This document shows, in pieces, positions 28,504 to 38,120 of a DNA stretch of 64,000 nt. The DNA lies in contig JADHWK010000003.1 of assembly GCA_016783505.1 (NCBI GenBank), forward strand, positions 1 through 64,000, read 5' to 3'. The notes under the pieces are model-generated. The model searched no databases. It had not been told where the DNA came from and worked only from the letters and a program-made list of their open reading frames with translations. The DNA is from Candidatus Zhuqueibacterota bacterium (lineage in GTDB: Bacteria > BS750m-G25). The position numbers were made by a program, and so were the translations under genes. The first letter of the stretch is position 1, and every line of letters starts with the position of its first letter.

Positions 28504-30081
28504 TCAGTCAAAAAAACGGTCAACGTTTAAGTATAGGCTGATCTTTCCATTGATCTCTTTATCATTTTCCCCAAGTTGGTTTTCTCTGTTTTTGATTGCC
28601 GAATGATCAAGCTGGAAGGAAACGTTTAGGTTGGCCGATGGTTGATATAAAGCCATGACCCGAATGGTCCAGGTTCTTTCTACTATCCCGAAAGGGAAGT
28701 CCTCATGATAGCCTTCAGCTACGGTATAATCCAACCAAGGGGTGTCCCAATCGGCCTCCACCCGCCCCTCACCTCGCCGGGTTTTGACAACTTCCACCGA
28801 AGTTTTAAACAAAGGAGACATCCATTTCCCCACCCGCACCTGCCAGCGGTCAAAATCGTTGCCCAGGAAATAGCCAATAGGACGATTTCGATGGAGGAAT
28901 TTTTCCCAGCGGTTGGGGGTGTTATACGTCCGATTAGTAACACCGGTGTATTCGATCCCAAGATTGCTTCCACCCACGCCTAAAAAATCTGCCCACTGAA
29001 ATCCCACCAGCCAGCCGAGCTCGTTGGGCTCCAGGTCACCGGGTTCCTTTTTATCCACCTGGAAGTCGTCCACTAAAAATTCCCCATAGAATTCAAAATT
29101 TGGTCGGGGGAAGAAGTCAAAATCAATACAACCAAGGGTATTGCCCGCCGCCCCGGGGTCGTTGTTCTGCACCCCATGGAAGAGGAGAAACGGGTTAAGG
29201 TACCGCAATTCCAGGGTGCGGTTATCCCCCCCATAAAGAATCACCTCGGTGAAACCCAGATTGAGTTTCGGACTCAGCGCCAGGTCCAACCGATGGGCGG
29301 CCAGATAGCGCCTGGCCCCGTCCCGGGTGTCCAGTTCGGCGGTGAAAAACGTAAACCCCATCAGTCGGGTTCTGCCCTGCAAGAGCAGTAGGTCAAAGGG
29401 CCGGGAGTGATCCGATATGAGCAGGTTTCCGCTCCGCCCTGAACCCCACTTTAAAAAATCCCGGCCCAGCTTTATCCCCACGTATTTCCCCCGATAGAAA
29501 AGATAGGCCTGTTCGGTATAGGCGGCCATATCCCGCCACCGTTTGCCAATATAGGTGGCATCGTCCGCCAGATAGGGATCCAGGATCATCCCATTAAAGA
29601 CCACTAGATGTTCTCCGGCCATGACCCCAATTTTGCTGCGGGCCCTACTCCGAAAAGTGGTGCCGCCCTCCCGAATTACATTTCCATCTCCCTCAATCAA
29701 GGCTCCCAATTTAACGGTCACCCCCTCATCGGATTTAAGCTCCTCAATTTCGGGGCGAAACTCCTCCTGTAGCCGATCAATAAGCCACTGTTCCTCCCGG
29801 GTCGGGAAATGCCTGGAAAGATCAATAGCTTCCTGAATCTCCAATAACCCCAGGGCCACTTCCCCCCGGGTATACGGCTTATTGAGGACAAAAAGGTCAC
29901 TGAAATACCCTCGGGTCCGGAGCTCATCCAGATGACCATAAGCCCAATGATAGGTGGGCAGGGTCTCCAGAATACCTGCTAATAATCTAGCTCCAAATAG
30001 GCCGAACCAAAACAAAAGAAACAAAAATTTTGTTTTAGAGGGGATAAATTTTATTATTCTTTTACCTTTCCAAAAACTCAT
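28504..30081 (-). CDS. Wzi-like capsule assembly outer-membrane protein
   Basis: KPYTRGEV N-terminus, GRDFLKWGSGRSGNLLIS, GFTEVILYGG, YGEFLVDD. Confidence 0.7.
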   Translation of the reverse strand: MSFWKGKRIIKFIPSKTKFLFLLFWFGLFGARLLAGILETLPTYHWAYGHLDELRTRGYFSDLFVLNKPYTRGEVALGLLEIQEAIDLSRHFPTREEQWLIDRLQEEFRPEIEELKSDEGVTVKLGALIEGDGNVIREGGTTFRSRARSKIGVMAGEHLVVFNGMILDPYLADDATYIGKRWRDMAAYTEQAYLFYRGKYVGIKLGRDFLKWGSGRSGNLLISDHSRPFDLLLLQGRTRLMGFTFFTAELDTRDGARRYLAAHRLDLALSPKLNLGFTEVILYGGDNRTLELRYLNPFLLFHGVQNNDPGAAGNTLGCIDFDFFPRPNFEFYGEFLVDDFQVDKKEPGDLEPNELGWLVGFQWADFLGVGGSNLGIEYTGVTNRTYNTPNRWEKFLHRNRPIGYFLGNDFDRWQVRVGKWMSPLFKTSVEVVKTRRGEGRVEADWDTPWLDYTVAEGYHEDFPFGIVERTWTIRVMALYQPSANLNVSFQLDHSAIKNRENQLGENDKEINGKISLYLNVDRFFD

Positions 30082-30281
30082 AGCCTTTCAAAGCCAGTAA
30101 TTGGTTTGTACTGATGTTCTGATCCACTGATATTCTTCACACTGATATCCTGATTGTCTGATATACTTATTTCCATAGGATACTTCCGAACTTCTTAATC
30201 CTCAAAGACCGCCGGTTACTATTACGCTTTTACTATACAAAAATCATATGCCGAAGCATCGGGATTCACGATTTTTCAAGC

Positions 30282-31163
30282 TTAGAAGTTTACTTCGCTA
30301 GCGCTTAATTTATACTTCGCTAAGTGGACTTTCTTCATTTTCTCCAGCAAACTATAGGGAATCTGTAAATTCCCTTTGCCCACCCCCAGTTGCACATGGG
30401 GTTTCCATTCACCATGAAAGTCGGTGCCCCCGGTGACCAACAGGTTAAAGTTATTGGCCAATCGGAGGTAAAGCTCGGTCTGTTCCTCCAAATGGGGGCT
30501 GCAGAAGACCTCGATACCCCCCAGACCCATCCGTTTTAAATGCTCAACGATGGTAGAAAGTTCAGCCTCTGATTCCGCTCCCAGGGAAAAGGGATGGGCC
30601 AGGACGGCAAGTCCTCCCGCCCGCCTGATCACTTCGATCCCCTGCTGGGCAGAAAACCTCTGTTTTTGCACGTAGGCCGGGGCCCCATTGCCCAGGTATT
30701 TTTCGAACGCCTGAGCAGTGGAATGAACATACCCCCGGTCCACCAGCGCCTGGGCGATATGGGGCCTACCAATGTAGTTCCCACCTGAGATCTCCTTTAC
30801 CTCCTGCTCGGTTACCATCAGCCCTAGTTGATGAAGCCGACGAAAAATCTGGGGGTTTCGCTTTCGGCGATACCCCTGGAGTAGCCTTATGCTGGCGATT
30901 AACTCCGGATTTCGATAATCAATGAAATAACCCAGCATGTGGGCGGGGCGGCCGTCCAAATCCACGCTGATCTCCATCCCCGGGATTACTTCCATTCCCA
31001 ATCGTTCCCCCTCCAGCACGGCTGGTTCATTCCCAGCAATTTCATCATGGTCGGTAATTGCGATAGCCGCCAGCCCGATTTTCTTGGCCTCTTTTACTAC
31101 CCTGACTGGCGACAGAAATCCGTCGGATAGATTGGTGTGAATGTGAAGATCAATAGTTTTCAT
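30282..31163 (-). CDS. PHP-domain phosphoesterase
   Basis: DLHIHTNLSDG, AITDHD, GRPHIA, AHP, GGTDFHG. Confidence 0.92.
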   Translation of the reverse strand: MKTIDLHIHTNLSDGFLSPVRVVKEAKKIGLAAIAITDHDEIAGNEPAVLEGERLGMEVIPGMEISVDLDGRPAHMLGYFIDYRNPELIASIRLLQGYRRKRNPQIFRRLHQLGLMVTEQEVKEISGGNYIGRPHIAQALVDRGYVHSTAQAFEKYLGNGAPAYVQKQRFSAQQGIEVIRRAGGLAVLAHPFSLGAESEAELSTIVEHLKRMGLGGIEVFCSPHLEEQTELYLRLANNFNLLVTGGTDFHGEWKPHVQLGVGKGNLQIPYSLLEKMKKVHLAKYKLSASEVNF

Positions 31164-32613
31164 TTATAGGCAGATAATCCATCCCGAACTTCTGGAGCTC
31201 ACGGGTCATCAGATCGGTCAACTCCTTCTCCACTCCTTCTGGTAACGGGCACTCCTGCCGGGTGGTTAAAAGGTCTGAAACCCGTTGATGGGCCCTTTCC
31301 CAGGCAGAACTTTTCCCACCCGCGGTCCCCCGGTCGAGCAGGCGGCTGGGAAAGTGAAATTCTTTGCGGAACCATTTAAGCGTATGGGGATGGGAGAGGA
31401 AATCACCCCTTTCACAAAGCTCCGCCAAAAGGTCCAGTGCCATTGGTGTCTCCCGCTGGGTGATGCCTTGAACCAGACGATATGCTGATCCGCAGATCTC
31501 GTTATCCAGCACCAGTTTTTCCAGGCTCTGGGCGCTTTCAAAATTCAGCATTCCCGCCCCGGAGACCACGTTAACCCCGGCTAATGAGGCCAACAGCGTC
31601 CCCATGCCCGACTCCAGCCCCGCCTGGTAGTCCCCCAGCTTGGCGTCCGAAAGCCCCATGTATGCGTGGGTGGGAAGGCCCAGAAATTTTCCGATCTGCG
31701 TATAAGCGCAGTCAATGAGCCACGTCTCCATAGCCCCCATGGGGGTTGTGCCTTGACTCATGTCTAAGATCGCCGGGGATCCCCCGTAAATAATGGGGGC
31801 ACCAGGATGGGCCAGTTGGGAGATCACAATCCCGGCCAGATTTTCGGCCGTGTGCTGTACCAGGGTACCGGTCAGTGTAACGGGGGCGTTTCCCCCGGCA
31901 AGGGGCATGGCCACCAGCTCCGCCGGAACGCCATAGCGACCGCAATCCAGCAGGGCCTGACAGGTGAGATCGCTCCATTTCAAAGGTGGTGAGGGACAGA
32001 CATCGAAAATCGCCAGGGGTTTATTCCTCAGCTCTTCTTCGCTTCCCCTTACCACCACCAGCATATTCTTCATGACCCCGAAGCTCTCCTTGGCGAAGGT
32101 GCCCGTCACCACAGGTTTACGGCAGTGCTTTAAGGCCAGATAAAGCCGATAGCTGTCGGCGGCTCCCTTGGGCACGTCAGCGCAGATCAAAGCGGTGCTC
32201 TGGGCTTGGATATGGCTTAGACCTTCCACTACCCGACAGAGGTTCAGGAAATCCCGGGTAACCGGTTCCCTCATAGATCCCTTTTCATAGTCTAGAATTT
32301 TCAGGGCCGCCGATCCGGGATTAAAATAAACGTTATCCTTCTCCAAGAATAGTTTCGCTTCCCCATCACGATCATATATCGTAATTGATTTAGGCACCGT
32401 TCTAAGCGCCCCCTCAACGACTGAACGGGAAAAAAATGCCCTGTGATCTGACTTTCGAACCTTTTGTCCATGATCACGCAGAATACCCCGAGCCTGGGCA
32501 TTTTCGATCCGCACCCCCACCTTTTCCAACACTTGAGTCGCCTCATCAACGATGGAAGAGGCCAACTTTTCGGAAAGAAGTTTTAGCTTAGGCCGTAGGA
32601 TTTGGGTTTTCAT
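31150..32613 (-). CDS. Trimethylamine methyltransferase MttB superfamily (no pyrrolysine codon)
   Basis: SPPLKW, APVTLTGTLVQHTAENLAG, PGAPIIYGG, DAKLGDYQAGLES; start overlaps the upstream stop (TGATG). Confidence 0.88.
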   Translation of the reverse strand: MKTQILRPKLKLLSEKLASSIVDEATQVLEKVGVRIENAQARGILRDHGQKVRKSDHRAFFSRSVVEGALRTVPKSITIYDRDGEAKLFLEKDNVYFNPGSAALKILDYEKGSMREPVTRDFLNLCRVVEGLSHIQAQSTALICADVPKGAADSYRLYLALKHCRKPVVTGTFAKESFGVMKNMLVVVRGSEEELRNKPLAIFDVCPSPPLKWSDLTCQALLDCGRYGVPAELVAMPLAGGNAPVTLTGTLVQHTAENLAGIVISQLAHPGAPIIYGGSPAILDMSQGTTPMGAMETWLIDCAYTQIGKFLGLPTHAYMGLSDAKLGDYQAGLESGMGTLLASLAGVNVVSGAGMLNFESAQSLEKLVLDNEICGSAYRLVQGITQRETPMALDLLAELCERGDFLSHPHTLKWFRKEFHFPSRLLDRGTAGGKSSAWERAHQRVSDLLTTRQECPLPEGVEKELTDLMTRELQKFGMDYLPINENY

Positions 32614-33266
32614 CAATCTTCCTTTCGGTAGGAACAATTGGTCAAAGTACATTCCCGGCACAGGGATTGATAGCTCGTAGCATCGGGCTGGGCATAAAGC
32701 CGCACCGCAAATGAGACCGACTTTCTAGGGATCATCACACAGTCCGGGGTCAGTTTCACCCCGGCGGTATTCCCGTTGAAATTGGAGAAGAGCTCATGCT
32801 GTTCGGTCAGCGCCCACTTGCCGTAGCCCGGGCTGATGCGGCAGCTGGGAGAAAACCCTTTTACAAGGACTTCCTGACATATTTCGCTGTTGAGCACATC
32901 GGCAGCGTATTCGGCAGCAGCGGAGCCGATGGCATCGTAGATCATCCCCAGGGAAGTCTCCCCCCGCCCAAAAAGGTTGTTGATCTGCCCCTCCAAACCT
33001 TCCCCGATGGTGCAGATAGCCAGTCCGATCTGTCGGCATTTACCGAAGACGGCGCCGTTCCCCATTCGCTCCACAAAGGTATAAACGCCCCTGGGGCGGA
33101 TGAAGGATGGGGCTTCTCCCAATCCCCTTTCAATCAGCACCGCTATCTGGGAGGTTAACCGGGTGTGGCCAGGTTTGTATCCTAAATACCTAAGAACTTC
33201 TTCCCGGTTAATCTCTATCCCAAAATCGTCCAATGTCTTAATTTTATTCGTCAATATTTCTCTCAT
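32613..33266 (-). CDS. B12-dependent methionine synthase reactivation-domain-like protein
   Basis: AICTIG, DAIGSAAAE, RISPGYG, MIPRKSVS, C-terminal CxxCxxxxCxYR. Confidence 0.8.
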   Translation of the reverse strand: MREILTNKIKTLDDFGIEINREEVLRYLGYKPGHTRLTSQIAVLIERGLGEAPSFIRPRGVYTFVERMGNGAVFGKCRQIGLAICTIGEGLEGQINNLFGRGETSLGMIYDAIGSAAAEYAADVLNSEICQEVLVKGFSPSCRISPGYGKWALTEQHELFSNFNGNTAGVKLTPDCVMIPRKSVSFAVRLYAQPDATSYQSLCRECTLTNCSYRKED

Positions 33267-33310
33267 ACGAAACCTACGCCACTTTCTTAGATGCCTTTGT
33301 TAACCTAGAC

Positions 33311-33572
33311 GTATCGGAATTTATAAGAAAGAGCCATAAAGTTACACCGAACCTTCGAGATTATGTTCAAAAAAAAAGAGGGGCTAAGATGCATCCTGCC
33401 CGTAGCCGGGTTACGACCACGGCGGAACATGGGAGAATTCATTTACCTCCCAACATCAAAGGACAACTGATACACTTCTAATTCATAATGACTCTTGATA
33501 ACTTTCCTCTTATCCCCTCTGCTCCCTTGCTCCCATGCTCTTTTAAGTCTCGAGATTTCTAAGAAAGGTCTA
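33311..33572 (-). mobile_element. Internally deleted derivative of the four-helix-bundle element at 11835-12398
   Basis: Co-linear identity with 11835-11945 and 12265-12329; retains DKRKVIKSHYELEVYQLSFDV. Confidence 0.8.
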
Positions 33573-33591
33573 AGATGTTGCCCAAAAGGGG

Positions 33592-34470
33592 CTAATTTCT
33601 TAATTTTCGGGCCACCGCCCCGATAAATTCCGGCGTGGTGCCGCAGCATCCCCCCACCATTCGCACCCCTGATTGCACCATCCGATATATATCCTCGGCG
33701 AAGGCCTCGGGGGATTGGTCGTAAACAGGCTGTCCGTTCCGAAGGCCGGGCTGGCCGGCGTTGGGTTCCATAAGAGCGGGCAGATCTGTGCCGGTCAGAA
33801 ATTCTGAGGCCAAAAGAAGCATATCCGAACTTCCCAGGGTGCAGTTGGCCCCCACTCCGTCGGCCCCTGCTTCACCCAGAACACGGATGGAATCGGGGAC
33901 CCCGTTACCCATGATTGTAAAAAAACCCCGGGGGGTCTTCTGAAAGGTCATACAGACAAAGACGGGAAGCCTCCCAGCCCGTTTCGCCCCCCGGACGGCG
34001 GCCACCGCTTCCCGTAGGTCAGATAAGGTTTCTATGGTAATTAAATCCACCCCCTCATCAACCAAAATCCCGGCCTGTTCAAAGAAAATCCCCTCAATTT
34101 CTTCAGCATTAAACTTTTCGTCTGGATCCCAAAATTTTCCCGTCGGCCCTAGGTTTCCGGCCACAAATTTATCCGGCGGACAAACCGACAGGACCAACTG
34201 CACGGCTTTTCTGTTGATCATGTCCAATCTATCCTCCAGATGGTGTTTTTGAAGATAGTGCAGGTTGGCCCCAAAGGTATTCGTTTGCCCCACGTCGCAT
34301 CCGGCGTCAAAATAGGACCGGTGGAGGGCCTTGACTTCATGGGGACGGTCCAGATTCCAGACTTCGGGGATAACCCCAAGGGGAAGCCCCTTCTGTTGCA
34401 GCATGGTCCCCTTGGCCCCGTCAATAAGAACCACCCTTTCTTTAATCAAATTTAGGATGTCTTTTTTCAA
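33592..34470 (-). CDS. Homocysteine S-methyltransferase domain protein
   Basis: LIDGAKGTML, TNTFGAN, GVDLITIET, GANC, PNAG, GGCCGTTP. Confidence 0.92.
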   Translation of the reverse strand: MKKDILNLIKERVVLIDGAKGTMLQQKGLPLGVIPEVWNLDRPHEVKALHRSYFDAGCDVGQTNTFGANLHYLQKHHLEDRLDMINRKAVQLVLSVCPPDKFVAGNLGPTGKFWDPDEKFNAEEIEGIFFEQAGILVDEGVDLITIETLSDLREAVAAVRGAKRAGRLPVFVCMTFQKTPRGFFTIMGNGVPDSIRVLGEAGADGVGANCTLGSSDMLLLASEFLTGTDLPALMEPNAGQPGLRNGQPVYDQSPEAFAEDIYRMVQSGVRMVGGCCGTTPEFIGAVARKLRN

Positions 34471-34689
34471 AAGAATCCTGTTTAAGCCCTATGAAGATAC
34501 GGATTTTAAACCAAATTTTCAAGAGAAAACTAAAAACGCAGGCTCAAAGCCTGCGCCTCGGAAACCTCATCATAGATAATGCCGAAGAGTTTAACTTATC
34601 GAATAAAAAAACACTTTTTCGATGCTGGTCTTTATTTTTCTTTTGAACTAACAATATTAAATAATTTTATCAAACAGAATCAGGAAAAA

Positions 34690-34842
34690 CTATAGGTCAC
34701 TATCGGGGTTAAAATCACCTCTGGCATACGAGCCAAACAGAATAATTTTTTCTGTTTGAATTTCTCGAACAATTTTTTTTACTATATAGTTTATTAACTC
34801 GAGTGTTATCTTCTATGTATTTAATCTTTGGTCTATGGACAT
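34690..34842 (-). pseudogene. Minimal nucleotidyltransferase (MNT) remnant
   Basis: MSIDQRLNT*KITLELINYIVKKIVREIQTEKIILFGSYARGDFNPDSDL*; GS..DxD motif with two stops. Confidence 0.75.
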
Positions 34843-35048
34843 TTCTATTTCCTTCAAAATTGGAGTAATTAATTTCGTTTCAATGCGCTTAAGGCTATGG
34901 CAGATAACTACTAGATCTTCTACATAAAGTATAGCCAATCCCCCTTTGCTGCGACATTATGGATCATGAAGACAAGGCTTGTCCCAAACCTTGGAACAGC
35001 ATCTTTACGAACAGAATGAAAATCTACTCTCCTAATAGCGAAGAACCA

Positions 35049-35669
35049 TTAAAATTCCACCTTAGGGGCTTTCTCGGCTCCGGCGACCGCCTCGAAAAAA
35101 ACGGCCCTCTCAAAGCCCAGCATGCCGGCATAAAGAACGGTGGGAAAACTTCTGATTTTCACATTATAGCCCCGAACAGCCTCATTGAACCTGCGCCTTT
35201 CAGTGGCGATCCGGTTTTCCGTCCCCGCCAGTTCGTCCTGAAGGCGGATGAAATTCTGGTTGGCCTTCAGTTCCGGATAGCGTTCCATTACCACCATTAG
35301 ACGGGACAGGGCCGCGCCCAATCCGTCCTGGGCCTGTTGGAACATGGCAAAGGCTTGAGGGTTCTTTAAAATTTCAGGGGTAATCGTCATCTGGCCAACC
35401 TTAGCCCGGGCTTCAGTTACGGCGGTAAAGGTCTCACGCTCGTGTTCCGCATACCCCTTCACCGTCTCTACATAATTAGGGATGAGGTCGAACCGACGCT
35501 GGTATTGGTTCTCCACCTGAGCCCAGGCGCTCTTGACCCCTTCATCCAGGCCCACCAGCCGGTTATAAGTCCCTCTGATTGAGGAGTAGATGATCAGGAT
35601 CAAAAAAATTACAACGATGATCCATACCCATCCCCTTCGCTTTTTTGCCATGATTCTTCCCTCCGACAA
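35049..35669 (-). CDS. lemA: LemA family protein
   Basis: AWAQVENQYQRRFDLIPN, ERYPELKA, ELAGTENRIA. Confidence 0.93.
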   Translation of the reverse strand: MSEGRIMAKKRRGWVWIIVVIFLILIIYSSIRGTYNRLVGLDEGVKSAWAQVENQYQRRFDLIPNYVETVKGYAEHERETFTAVTEARAKVGQMTITPEILKNPQAFAMFQQAQDGLGAALSRLMVVMERYPELKANQNFIRLQDELAGTENRIATERRRFNEAVRGYNVKIRSFPTVLYAGMLGFERAVFFEAVAGAEKAPKVEF

Positions 35670-35696
35670 TTCTTACCATTAACTTAACCAAATCAT

Positions 35697-35835
35697 AGCC
35701 ACAAAGTCACTAAGACACAAAGTATTGATGAAATTTAGATTAAGAAAATATTTGCAGAACCATTTTGAAAAACTCGGTTTGTAAAACAAATTTTTTTTAC
35801 TTAGATATTCTTAGTGACTTAGTGTCTTCGTGGCT
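35697..35835. repeat. Inverted-repeat element with octamer-like arms
   Basis: AGCCACAAAGTCACTAAGACACAAAG ... CTTAGTGACTTAGTGTCTTCGTGGCT; related half-sites near 15110 and 54817. Confidence 0.7.
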
Positions 35836-35865
35836 GATCTTTATGAATAATTCAGGTTAATCAAG

Positions 35866-36591
35866 TTAATCAAGTTTATCCACCTCAAAGGTCAATTTCC
35901 TGATCTCTTCAAGATACCGATCCAGTAATCTCTCCAACCCATAGCGGTTCATCTTCTTTCCCATCTTCACCGCCAAAAGTTCTTCGAACAGGGAAGCATC
36001 GAGACCAAAATGCTCCGCCACTTTCGTAAGCGTCCCCTCAGTGGTTTCAGGAATTTCTTCGTTCATATAATAGAGCAGGGCTTTAAAAAGGGAGATAAAG
36101 GGACTCACTGAGACGGAAATCAGCTGCAAAAACCCCCGTTTTAGCCCCTTAGTATCCAAAAAAGCCTGCCGGAGTTGGAGCAATTTCCCCTTCATCTCCC
36201 GCTCCAGTTGCAGGCGGATGTGTTCCCGTTTGAAGGCAAGGTCTTTCAAAACGTCTTCACCGTAGACAATTCTGTAAAAACGCTTCATGTTCAAAAATTC
36301 GATGGGATAGCTGTCCATTGAGGATTGGATGTATTCGAGGGTAAGGAAGAGCGGGGTGCTCACCCGGGCACGCTTCCACTTGGCCACCGCTTTGAAGCTT
36401 TTCTCCAGGTCCAGGATACCGGCCTCCGATAGCACGATCAGGAAGTTCAGGTCGGATTTTTTGGGCACGTATTCCCCGCTAGCCCCGCTACCGTGCAGAA
36501 TGATGGACACCAAATCATCCCGGTAAATCTTCTGGAAATCCTTGATGAACTCCTCAAAAATGTCCTCGGGTTTTTTGGGTATTTTTGGCAT
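35866..36591 (-). CDS. Nucleotidyltransferase-domain protein
   Basis: SIILHGSGASGEY...SDLNFL; upstream of lemA. Confidence 0.7.
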   Translation of the reverse strand: MPKIPKKPEDIFEEFIKDFQKIYRDDLVSIILHGSGASGEYVPKKSDLNFLIVLSEAGILDLEKSFKAVAKWKRARVSTPLFLTLEYIQSSMDSYPIEFLNMKRFYRIVYGEDVLKDLAFKREHIRLQLEREMKGKLLQLRQAFLDTKGLKRGFLQLISVSVSPFISLFKALLYYMNEEIPETTEGTLTKVAEHFGLDASLFEELLAVKMGKKMNRYGLERLLDRYLEEIRKLTFEVDKLD

Positions 36592-36899
36592 TTATATTCC
36601 TCCTGAAAATCTGTTTCCTCCGAAAATAGACCACAGATTAAACGGATAACACCGATTTACACAAATTTTTTACAAAAGGCTGACGCTCCGATGGAGTCCG
36701 ATACTTCGGACTCATACGGAGTTATCGGACCTTAACTCCTATAATTTCTGACTAATGGAGTTAATCCATAAGGATTTTATTTTCTTTCCCTTGAAAATAT
36801 TTTCACCGCAGTAGATCGGAAATGTTCCGAAACCTCGGGACTTTCCGATATATACAGTTCTATTCAATTTGTCTTAAATACCCGAAGACCATTTCGGAT

Positions 36900-37526
36900 C
36901 TACATTTTAATCCCCATTTGCCATAATTGATTAAGGGTATCCTCATAGTTTAAATGATGCAAAACGGAGAAACCAATTTCGCTGGCCGCTTCCACGTTCT
37001 TCTTCTTGTCGTCAATAAAAAGACCCCGCTCCGGCTTCACTTTAAATTTATTCAAACATTTAGCATAAATCCGCCTTTCCGGTTTGCAATATCCCACTTC
37101 AAAAGACAACATCAAATCACTTAAAAAAGAAAGTTTGGGGAAATATTTTTCCTTCAAATAAAGATAATGAATTTCATCAACGTTGGTCAACAAAAAGGTC
37201 TGATAATTCTTCGATAATTTTCCTCCCAGATCAACCATATTTTCGTCGAGGCTGAAGATTTGATTCCACCAATCAAAAAAGGTATCCATGCCTATGGGCA
37301 AATGCAACTTCTGTCTTATATTATCATAAAAAGTCTCTTTTGGAATCTGTCCTTTATCGAAGAGAATTTTTTCAGGTGACATCACCCGTGCGATTTCATC
37401 GGCTGGGGGATCGCTAACCCGCTGAATTTTTTTAAAGAAAATATCGTAATGCACGTTTATAAAAACGTTCCCCAGATCAAAAATAATGGCATTTATATCG
37501 GCTTTGGGTTTTGGATTATGGGTCAT
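36900..37526 (-). CDS. HAD-family phosphatase
   Basis: IIFDLGNV, LLTN, CKPE, FIDD. Confidence 0.88.
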   Translation of the reverse strand: MTHNPKPKADINAIIFDLGNVFINVHYDIFFKKIQRVSDPPADEIARVMSPEKILFDKGQIPKETFYDNIRQKLHLPIGMDTFFDWWNQIFSLDENMVDLGGKLSKNYQTFLLTNVDEIHYLYLKEKYFPKLSFLSDLMLSFEVGYCKPERRIYAKCLNKFKVKPERGLFIDDKKKNVEAASEIGFSVLHHLNYEDTLNQLWQMGIKM

Positions 37527-37711
37527 CGGATCTTAAATCTTAATTTTATCAACTTTTTTAGAACAACACATAACCTTTCGTCTTTTATCCTAAATCCGGA
37601 AATTTAACACTGAAAACCACTGAATTGTTGATTGTTAATTGCTAATTGTTAAAACCTAGGCTCCAGCATCAATCAGCGATCAAAAATCAGCAATCAGCAA
37701 TCATTACGGTG

Positions 37712-38113
37712 TCATTCGGTGCTTTCCGAGTCTGGGCTATTTATTTTCTTAACTGATACCGTAGTCCCTATTTTTTCAAAGGAAAGTCCGGCTGCTTTGG
37801 TGATCAAGTAGAGGGTATCATCAAAGATAACCTTCTTGACGTGAATGGTTATCTTGCCCGCCTTTTTCACATCCTCACCAAAAACGATACCCTGCTGGCT
37901 CTTCCGGGCCAGGGCGAGAAGAAGTTCGGGAACCGATACGTCATCGGCGTTGATGGTAACATATTCTATCCCATTTTCAACTTCAATCACAACCTGGAGC
38001 GTATCTTTGGATTTTTCAGTTAGGGATAGTTTAGCCTGGGATTCTGAAAAAACCGAAAATGCCAGAATTGATGGGATAATAATTATCCAGATTGTCTTTG
38101 CCATTTCCTGCAC
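37712..38113 (-). CDS. Secreted protein with a STN/secretin N-domain-like fold
   Basis: Signal peptide; VTINADDVSVPELLLALAR...KITIHVKKVIFDDTL. Confidence 0.55.
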   Translation of the reverse strand: MQEMAKTIWIIIIPSILAFSVFSESQAKLSLTEKSKDTLQVVIEVENGIEYVTINADDVSVPELLLALARKSQQGIVFGEDVKKAGKITIHVKKVIFDDTLYLITKAAGLSFEKIGTTVSVKKINSPDSESTE

Positions 38114-38120
38114 TCAGCGA

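Noticed and set aside
31150-32613. Pyrrolysine recoding in MttB
   Set aside because: The ORF is uninterrupted, with no in-frame TAG.
33443-33649. 68-aa ORF as a real gene
   Set aside because: Chimeric frame through the Hmt 3' end, repeat DNA and a four-helix-bundle remnant.
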